From a virus: a stretch of DNA of 64,000 nucleotides. Positions 18,224-28,500 of this stretch are shown piece by piece (the stretch's first letter is position 1; every line of letters starts with the position of its first letter). The stretch lies in IMG/VR virus record IMGVR_UViG_3300021375_001810; one strand, written 5' to 3'. The position numbers were made by a program, and so were the translations under genes. The notes beneath the pieces were generated by a model. The model did no database searches and was not told the origin of the DNA. It worked only from the letters and a program-made list of their open reading frames with translations.

Positions 18224-18235
18224 TATTTATAAATA
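18224..18235. promoter_or_regulatory. palindromic bidirectional late promoter TATTTATAAATA
   Basis: TATAAATA reads on both strands between divergent genes. Confidence 0.65.
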
Positions 18236-18256
18236 CTAGTACAGGAGATACTAAAA

Positions 18257-18439
18257 ATGGCTAATAGAATGGTTGGAACAAAAAGTTTAAAACTTGATAG
18301 AATTACAGGTTTACGTGCAGATGCACAAAATGGAGTTGGAGTAATGACCAAAGTGCCAGTTATTAAACCTGTAAAATTAAAAGATGAAAAGAGAGATATG
18401 TCTAACGTATCAACTTTTCGAGGAGCAAAAACATCATGA
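18257..18439 (+). CDS. hypothetical protein
   Basis: AGGAG RBS. Confidence 0.65.
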   Translation: MANRMVGTKSLKLDRITGLRADAQNGVGVMTKVPVIKPVKLKDEKRDMSNVSTFRGAKTS

Positions 18440-18603
18440 TTAGAGAATGGATTAAATCACGTTTAGAAGAGCGTACATCTTGGGATGGAGCAATGCTTAT
18501 AGGCGTTGGCGTTATTGTATTAATTGCAGGACCTTTTGCTAAGTTAGCGGCTTATGGCGCTATTGCATACGGTGCTTGGACTATCTGGAAAAGAGAAGAC
18601 TAA
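18436..18603 (+). CDS. small 2-TM holin-like protein (55 aa)
   Basis: MIREWIKSRLEERTSWDG.. then two TM; ATGA-coupled; absent from ORF track. Confidence 0.6.
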   Translation: MIREWIKSRLEERTSWDGAMLIGVGVIVLIAGPFAKLAAYGAIAYGAWTIWKRED

Positions 18604-18605
18604 TA

Positions 18606-18866
18606 ATGGCAACTGAAGACGTTGGTGCATATATCATTGAAATGAACGAATCCGATAACGAACGTGCAACTAATGGCGTTTCAAAAAAGTTATGGAATGT
18701 TGCTATTACTAACAAAGAGACTAACGAAACTATTGAAATAGATGATATCGTTAGTCCTTATGCTAGAGAAAAGTGGTGTGCAACTGTGTTTAAAAATGCT
18801 AAAGAGGGCTTAGATCACGAAGATGGGCCTGATTGCTGTTATGTAACAGCTCGTTACAGATCATAA
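18606..18866 (+). CDS. hypothetical protein
   Basis: ATG at 18606 after upstream stop. Confidence 0.6.
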   Translation: MATEDVGAYIIEMNESDNERATNGVSKKLWNVAITNKETNETIEIDDIVSPYAREKWCATVFKNAKEGLDHEDGPDCCYVTARYRS

Positions 18867-19148
18867 TTTACTAATATCTAAATTACTTGAAACGCTCATG
18901 TCCCAAACATGTTTGCGTTCGACTCCCTTTTTCTGTGCAAAAACCTTACTATCACAGTTCTTACATACATGAAAGTAGTTGTTTGTTAACCGCTTAGGGT
19001 CCATACTTCCTCTTGGTCGTTCAAACTCTGTATTACAGTTATCACAACGTAATACTACATGAGTAGACTCTCTAATGTAAGAATGTTTTTTCCCGCATTT
19101 AGAATGCCTTACATGCCGCTTCTTTTGTTTGTATTCTTTTATAAACAT
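18861..19148 (-). CDS. Zn-ribbon protein
   Basis: CDNC and CKNC pairs; TAAATA-N5-ATG on minus strand. Confidence 0.7.
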   Translation of the reverse strand: MFIKEYKQKKRHVRHSKCGKKHSYIRESTHVVLRCDNCNTEFERPRGSMDPKRLTNNYFHVCKNCDSKVFAQKKGVERKHVWDMSVSSNLDISKL

Positions 19149-19205
19149 AACTATATTTACATTAAGATTATAAAAACTATCGATAAATAACAGTAAGGAG
19201 ACGCA

Positions 19206-19589
19206 ATGATTTTACCTATTACACTCACAAAAAATGCAAAAAACAAAATTAACGAGCTTTGTGCTACTAATGCAGAGCATTTTGGAGTGCATTTAAGCCT
19301 TAAAGGTGGCGGATGTGCTGGTTTTGAATATGACTGGGGTATGATAGTAAAAGAAGATGTTAGTCCAAACGATGAAATTATTAATACAGGTGAAGGAAAT
19401 TTAGTTATAGATTCTATGGCTCACATGTATTTGTTTGATTGTACAATAGATTATGAAACAGATGTATTTCAAACACAATTTGTAATTAATAACCCTAACG
19501 CACAGAGTGCATGTGGGTGTGGAATTAGTGTAAACTTCGACATGGATGCTGTCGAAAAAAATAACGAGAAAATAACGGAGCTCACATAA
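19206..19589 (+). CDS. iscA: A-type Fe-S carrier (IscA/HesB)
   Basis: ITLT..A, GGGCAGFEY, NPNA.SACGCG.S. Confidence 0.92.
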   Translation: MILPITLTKNAKNKINELCATNAEHFGVHLSLKGGGCAGFEYDWGMIVKEDVSPNDEIINTGEGNLVIDSMAHMYLFDCTIDYETDVFQTQFVINNPNAQSACGCGISVNFDMDAVEKNNEKITELT

Positions 19590-19590
19590 A

Positions 19591-22500
19591 ATGGCACAAG
19601 GTAAACAAGACATTAATATCGGCGTTGAAGGTAATGACGGAACCGGCGATAGTATTAGAGAAGCGTTTAGAAAGGTAAATGATAATTTTACCCAACTATA
19701 TGCTGTATTTGGACAAGGTGGTTCGATATCATTTACTGAATTTAGTGATACTCCAACACTAACACAACTCCAAGAGAATCCTAGTACATTTTCAAGACCT
19801 ACTTTACCAGTAGTAGACGTTGCTGCTGAAGGTAGCAAGTTAGAATTTAGAAAATTAGTTAGTAACAGTTTCCTTGATGCATCTATCGATGATACTGTTA
19901 CATTTAGTTTAACACAAGGCGGTTACATTGTTGTAACAGCGGCTGGCGGACAACTAGAAGAAGACGAAAAACCAAAAATTAATTCAACTGGTGGTGGTAT
20001 TAATGCTTCAGGAAATATTATTGCTGGTATGCCAACCAGTCTTAATGACATTGAAAGTAAATTATCCGTTCTTAATGCTGCACACGATGGTGCAGGATAT
20101 ACAACTGACAGTGTTGCAATATCAAAAGGATTTGCAGATACCAATTATCTAAAGTCAACTGGTGGCGGCACTGGCGCACAAATTAGAGTTCGTACTGAAG
20201 ATCAAATCTTTACAGAAGATTATTCATTCACTATTGATAGTTTTACAGCAGGCGTTGCCAATATTACTGGTAGAACTGTAGACGGAACATTAATTACTGT
20301 TCCAGCAGGTCACGGACTTGATAGTGGTGCTAATGGTTTACCATTTAGATACGAAACTACAGGCACAAGTGCAACAGCAACACCAGCATCAAGTGCCGTT
20401 GCTCAACCACTTACAGATCTAAATCCAGTTTATGTTAGAGTTGCAAGTGCAACATCACTAGAATTTTATGAAAATGCTGAGGCTGCAAAAAATGCTACAG
20501 CAAATAGAAAGATCAGTTTCCAAGCAGGTACTGGTTCGGGAACACAATCACTAGTTGATGCAGAATATCAACCAAGTATACTAGACGGTAAGTTCCTTGC
20601 TAACGAAGCGATGCCTAGAGAGGCTGCACTTAGACGTCAAGGTGACCAAATGGATGGTACACTTTACCTTGACAAGCACCCAGGTGACTTAGCAAACATT
20701 ACAACAGGCTTAGAAGATTTACAAGCCGCTACTAAATTTTATGTAGACAACACAAGTTATGCAAGTAACGTAAACTTGTTTGTTAGTTTACAAGGTGACG
20801 ATAACCAAGTTAATACACCGGCAGGTAAAGAAGGTAGAGCATTAAGTTATGCCTATCGTACACTGAATGCTGCATTACAAAAAGCAGAAGAAATTATTGA
20901 AACAAGTAAGTTGGAACCTGGTCCGTATATGCAGACCATTACTATTAACGATACTACTCCAACTCATGTATTAAGTGGAAACACAAACACACTAGGATTT
21001 AAAGTTCCGGCAACATATAACGGACAACAAACAGCAAACTTTAAAGCATTAATGGATAATAACAAAGCATTTGTTCAAGAAGAAGTTATTGCTTGGACTA
21101 ATGCACAGATTGCAGCAGCTAATGCAGCTGTTAGTTTAGATCCTAATGTTCCAGCAGAAGCAGAATTAATTAAATGGAAAAACTTTACCTACGACGAAGA
21201 TATTTGTAAACGTGATGTAGGATTAATTTACGAAAGTTTAAAACTTGATGTTATTAGTGGTACTAACGCAAACAAACTTTCAAGACAAGCAGGTTTAAGA
21301 TACTATAGTAATGCCAGTGGTGCTATTGCTATTGGGCCACAAAAATCACAAACACTTGCATCAATTGCAAAAGTTGAAGAAATTACTAGACAGTATGTTT
21401 TAACTAATTCGCCATGGCAAGGTGGTGTAGGTAACCCAGGTGTTTATCAAACTGATGTACAGCAGAATGTTGTTGCACCAGGAACGCCAGCACCTGCAGA
21501 TGCTATTGCAAGAGTAGGTGATCTTTTTGATATTATTGAAGGTATTATTAATAACGGTATAAGTGGTGCACCGGTATTACAAGAAGGTTCTGTATACGTA
21601 ATTGAAGTTGACAACGGTGGCAACGGCAACGTATACCAAGGTCAAGCAAGTAACACAGATTTAATTCCAGGTAAGGTTATTACAGGATCTAAGTCAGGTG
21701 CTGTATCAAGAATTGTAAACTATTATAGAGGCGACGAACTAGGCGGAGCAGGCAATGACCAAATTGAACTTCAACTTGAAGAACCAATAGAATTTATTGC
21801 TAGGTCTGATCCGGGTGTTGCTACAGCTGATGATCCAACTTATGAAGCAGGTGATGTACTTGAGTTTGGTAATAAAGTAAGTCAACAAAATATTACAGTA
21901 TTTTTAGAAACTGGTATATTCTACGAAGACTATCCGTTACGTGTTCCAGCAAACGTTTCCATTAAAGGTGACGAATTTAGACGTACACACATTCGACCAA
22001 GAAATCGTGTATCACAGTCAAGATGGGCTAATCAATATTTCCACAGAGACAACTACTTTGATAATATGACACTACACAATCATAGTGTAGAAATTGAAGG
22101 TGAAGTAGAAGTAACATTATCGCAAGCGGTAACTGTTAATATAGGTGATAAGGTTACACAAACTGTTGCAACAGGAACAGCAATTGGTTTTGTACAAGAA
22201 AAGGCAACTAATTCAAACACTATAGTTGTACAATATTTTGACGGGTATGATCCAGTAACTAATAACGGTGTTCCACCAAGCGAAACAGGAAACGGATATG
22301 CTGATGTAGTTCAATTTGATACTGTAGTAAACAACAATATTTCAATTAATAATTCTGTACAAAGCGGAACATACTTAACAACAGCGCCAACACAGTATTC
22401 AAGAGATACAAACTTTGGTTATCATTATGCTCTTGACCCAAGACGCCCAATTAACACTCAGGCGAACAGTGTAGTTAATGCAGGAGGCTATACTAATGCT

Positions 22501-25500
22501 GTTTCTATCTTAGAAAAAAATAGAGATGCTATTGTACAAGAAGTTTTATTATTCTTAGATGAATCGTCAACTAATAATTTAAACAATGGTGGCTTTGGTG
22601 ATTATACTCAAGTTGAACTAACACTAACGGGCAACGTAACATTTAGCAGAGGCGACACAGTTACACAAGCAGGAAGTGGAGTAACTGGTAAAGTAAAAAG
22701 TGATAGCACTGGAAATTCAGTAATTATTGTAGGACCAGATGGTATATTTGATACTAGTGGCGAACTTTCAGTAGGTGGAGTAAGCAAAGGAGCAAATAGT
22801 GTTCCGGCTACAGTACCAGCGGCAGTTGCATTTACATATGGTCCAAAATGTGCAAGAGACTTAGGACTTATTGTTGATGCATTGGCATTTGACTTAGAAA
22901 AAGGTCTTGTTGATCAGTCGCTTGAAGCACAAGGAAGATACTATGCAGGTGCTGTAGAAGTAGGTCAAGAAGTTATAACTTCAGCAGCCATTTTAGAAAT
23001 TGGTAACATTGCACAGGCACTACTTGGTGCATCAGCAACACCAGTTGGAACTCCAAGTGTTCCAAGTTCAAGACAGGCGGCATCAGCATGGGATATTGCA
23101 GTGACAACATCACAACTTGCTGAAGCAGGAACAAGTACTATTGTTTCTGGATTATTAAATATTATAGTATTTGCGTTTAACAGCGAATACAATCCACCTA
23201 AGCACAACAAAGATATGGATGTCTTCTTAATGAATGACGCAACTATCTTACGTAACATGACTGTACAAGGTCATGGTGGATTTATGTGTGTACTTGATCC
23301 AGATGGACAGATACTTACTAAATCACCATACATACAAACAGGATCAAGTTTCTCACAATCAATAAACAAACAAGCATTTAGAGGTGGTATGTTTGTTGAT
23401 GGTTTTGTAAGTAACATGCCATTAGAAATTGTTGATAACATTACAAGTGCAGGTGTTAATGCACCATTTGAAATATTTGTAAGAAGTAGAAGAGATTCTA
23501 AACAAGTTAATAGTAACGGAGTAGGACTTGGATTATTTGCAAGACGTCCTCAACTACCTGCACCATTCTATGTAAACGGTGTACGTTACCAAGTTAATGC
23601 TATTAGAAACTATGACCCTACTAACGGTACAGCAGAACTTATACTTGATAAAAATTCAAACCCAGATGCAAATGATGAAGGACAAGGTTGGATTGGTGGA
23701 GAAAATTATCCAATCGTACTTCAAACAGCTGGTAACAGATCTATGCTTGGTAATGACTTTACGCAAGTTAATGATTTAGGTTACGGACTATTATGTACTA
23801 ACAATGGTATATCTGAAATGGTTAGTATGTTTACATACTACTGTCACGCAGCTTATTATGCAAATAACGGTTCAGAGATTAGATCGTTAAATGGATCAAA
23901 CGCTTATGGTAACTTTGGACTAGTTGCTGCAGGCGGTGACCCGAACGAAGTTGCACAAACTGGTTCATTAGCATTTAATACTTCACAAACAGGTAAAGTA
24001 TATCTGAACCCAAGTGCTAGTGCAAACGCTAACGCATTACAAACATTTATATATGCATATGATACAGATTTTGCTCCTTTACCAGAAGGTGAAATTGATG
24101 TAACATATAACGAAGAAAAAGAGATTGCTAGTATATCAGCAGCTAATCCTGTTGTATTAAATGTTGAAGCTCATGGATTTGTAGAAGGACAACGAGTACT
24201 TGTATCTGACAGTAATATTCCTACTACTGGTGGAGGTGCTAACCCAGGACTAGACGGAATTCGATATGTTGGTCCTAACCCATCAACAGGAACTTTAACA
24301 CTTTACACTGACGCATCATTGACTACAACATTAAACGGTTCGTCATATAATGCAGGTTCGTTAGGTAATAATGCTGCAATACAAGATGCCGGCGGTACAG
24401 CAACATCATCAAGTAGATTTGAAGTTGTATCTGTTACTGATGCACAATCAGCAGACGGTGTTCCGGGCGTTAACGAAGTTAAACTTACTCTAAGTGGAGC
24501 ATTAACTAATGTTCCTTACAACACAAGAGTAACTATTACAGCAGGAACTGGACAGACAGCAACGGCTCCTTTAGGTAGAATAACTAGACCAATTAAAGAT
24601 GGTGTTAATAACAGTACAATTTATGTAACACTACCAGAAAATAGAGATCAGTTTAGTGTTGGAGACACAATATACACAGACGGTACTACTACAAGTAGAA
24701 CTATTGCAAGTATTGAAACTAACTTAGATAAAGCAGGGCGTAAAACTATTATTGGTGTAACAAAAGCAAACCCTGTTGTACTCGAAACTATTGGACATAA
24801 CTTTATAGACGAAGACGCAATTACTATTGTCGACGGTTCAGGAATAACAGAATTAAATGGAACGTATTATGCTAAAGTTAGCACAACTACAGGCGGAACT
24901 ACTAACGATAAACGATATGTAGAACTGTATAGTGATTCAGCATTAACTACACCAGTGAACGGAACAGGATGGGGCGGATCATACACAGCAAGATCAGGTA
25001 AAGTATTTTTAACTGAAATCGGCGGCAACCCACTAATTGGTGAAAACGGTGCTGTATGGAAACTGTCGTTCTCTAACTCAACTAATGACGAGTCAGTAAG
25101 TACAGGCGGCTTAGCAAAGCCATTGTTTGCTGGTGAGTCAATAAGTATTAGAGCAAGAGCCAAATTTATCTTAGACAATGTACAAACTGTTCCAATTAGA
25201 CCTTCAACAGCAGTTGTGTTTGAAGAACAGCCAGAAAATACTTATCGTTCTATTAACTTTGACGTAACTCCAATTAGTACTTTTGATAATGCAGGTGAAG
25301 CAACTTTACCAGATGGTCAAAACATACTTACATTTGATAGTAACTATGATTATATTAGACAAAGAGTTGAGTATAATAACTATAAAGCACAGTTTAAACT
25401 AGTACTTGCAAGTGCTATAACTGGTGCAATAGCAGAAGGATCTGTTGTTAGACAAGGGTCTGCATCTGGTACAATAACAAAATCTGAAGGCATAGGTACA

Positions 25501-28500
25501 GAAGACCTTTATATTAAAGACTGGAACGGTACTGATTTTACTGTAGGCGGAGGAAACATTGAACACGATGCCGCTGGTGACGGAAACTTTAGTAGTGTTG
25601 GCGGACTGGCAGGAAGCGGCGCTGTTAAATTAAGTTACTTAACAACAAACGGATTTAAAGAATCGTTTGGTGGTACACCAGGTGATAGATACATTGCTAT
25701 TCCAGCATTAGGTACAGAGTCTACAGTAAGAATTCAAAATGCAGATATGATATTTGCATGGAAAGACAGAGTACATAAAGTTCTTGCATATCACGATGGA
25801 GCAGGAACAAGTATTGGTTCTATCGGAACAAGAGAAGCAGGAGAACCTAATTCACATGCAACAGGATTTGCGTATTTAGAAATTGACCGTAATCCAGTAA
25901 GTAACAAATATTATGATCCAGACGAAACAGCACCTACTACAGGTATTGCTGATACATTAAATCTTGGCAATGAAAGTGATAATGTTAACCTTGCAATTGG
26001 TGTTCCAGCAGGTGAAGGCGCAGAGATTACTGTTAACATTTCATTATGTAGAGCAACAGGACATGACTTTAGTAACATTGGTACAGGTGGATTTAATACA
26101 TCTAACTATCCAAATATTATCTTTGGACAACCTGCTTCAGATAAGACAGCAATCGTAACAAGTGATCCAACAGTAACAAAAGCACAAGTTTGGGAAAGAA
26201 ACAAAGGGCGTGTGTTCTTTGCATCAACAGACGAAGATGGATTCTTTAGAGTTGGTAAGTTCTTTACAGTTGACCAGGGTACTGGTACAATATCATTTAC
26301 AGCACAAATTAACATCTCAGGTCTAGACGGACTTGGATTTAAAGACGGTGAAATTATTAGTAAGTTTACAAGTAGTTTCACACAGGCAACAGCAGAACTT
26401 AAAAATGTCCCTACAGAAGTTGCTGTAGTAGATTACATTAATAGACGTTTAGGATTTGATGAATTTAACGTAGCAGATCCTGCACCACTTACAACAGTAA
26501 TGAGTGCAACCAATCCGCAATTAACACCAGTAACAGTAGGTGGAGAAACTACACATACACTGAACATGACAAATGGTAGAATTACTTTACTAAAACGTCC
26601 TGTTGCAGATACTGATGCGGCAACCAAAGAATACATTGATAACAGAATATTTGCAAATGATGAATTTGAAGATCTTCGTAACGTAAGTTTTTATCAAACA
26701 GATTACAATAACCAAAATGGTCAAAGTGATTTAATTGTACTAACAGGTAAAAAGAAAATATATGTCAAGTACGTTGCAGGAACTATGTTCTCAGTAAACG
26801 ATGTTATATATGGTGAAGATACTAATAGTGCAGGACGTATTGTTGACATTAGTGATACGTTTAAATTTGATAATGGTGAAAATAGTACAGACACAGCATC
26901 AGGACTTGATGTACAAGTTATAACTTATACTGTTTTACCATTAACAATGGTTAACTTAGATGCAACTGGAACTGTTGCTGTAAGAGGACAACTGTTAAGA
27001 CAACCTTCAACAGGCGCACAAGGTTATGTATTACATCCACAAACTGTAGTTGGATCAGGTAAAACAAGTGCTACACAGATAATTCTAAGAGAAGTAACAG
27101 GATCATTTAATGGTACTGCTATTGAACTTGTAAACAATCCAGGTGGTAGTGAAACTGTAGTTGCAACATCAGCATTGGTTACTAGCACAGCAGCTATTGC
27201 AGACGGTGTAAGTGGAGATCCTATAGACTTCCAAGCAGAAACTATATCAAACGGAAGTGTATCAAGAAATACTACACAAGGTAGAGATGGTCTTGCTGTA
27301 TATCCAATGGTTGAAGTTGCAAACGCAAGTGAAAGCAAAACTGGTAATCCTGGTGATGCATCACGTAGTGATATTAACATAACAGTAACTAGATCAGAAG
27401 ATGCTACAAGTGTTAACTTACAATATCAAGCAGAAAGTTTACTAGATGCAGATGTTAATACAAACGCAGACATACAACAACAAAAACTATTAATGCAAAA
27501 GGCTCCTGTATTACAGGACAGTGACGACTTTGAAGACTTTACTACTAATGGTAGAAGAGTAAGTCAAGCAAACAAAGGTATTGCTGCGTTCTCTGCAGAT
27601 GCATTTGCTGAAGATCAAATATTTGTATTCACAGGATCTATTAGTGCAAACGTAGGCGATATTATAACACAAGGTTCTAGTACTGGTTACATTGATAAAG
27701 TTATTAATGGCACTACTCTTAAAGTTAGAACAAGTGATACATTTGTTACAGGTGGAGCAACAACATGCTTTATTACACCAATAACAACATTTAACTTACC
27801 TGGAAGTGCTAACGCTGTACAACAGACTTCAAGCATAAAAGGAACACCGGTTGATTCAACTAGAACTATTACTACAATAGAAAAAACTGGTTTTGTTAAT
27901 GTTAAAGATAGAGGTATAACATTTGATAAGATTCAAGATATTCCAGAAAAAACTGTAATTGGTAGAGGTGACATTGGTGACCCTGCATACAATACAGACG
28001 GTATACCATACGCTGTTAGTTTTGATCAAATTATTGATTTAGGCGGGGCAATACAAGATAAGGATTTTGCAAACAGTACAATTACAGAAGTTGGCGGTTG
28101 GGTAATACAAACCGAAGGACTTGTTAGTGTTGCAAACGGTGCAACTGTAAGTTCAGGTGGTGTTAGTGCAACTGTACAAGGCGCTGTTACAAGTGAAAAT
28201 AAAATTATTGTTATAAATGCAACTAGTACTTTCCCAGGAACAGGAACACTTGCAGGAGTAACAGCAGACAGTCATGCATCTGCAGCAACTATTGTAAGTG
28301 CAACTCAATTCTCAAGTTCGGGTGAAGCACTAGTTAAAATGGCTGAAGGTGTATATGGTACTACACAGATTACTAAAGCAGGTGAAGGTAACCAATTAGT
28401 ACGTACACTTGATAGTAACGATCAAAACGATCTAACATTTGTTTCAGCAAACACTGAAGGATTTATTAATGTTAAAGGATTGTTAGTTGATAGTCGTAGA

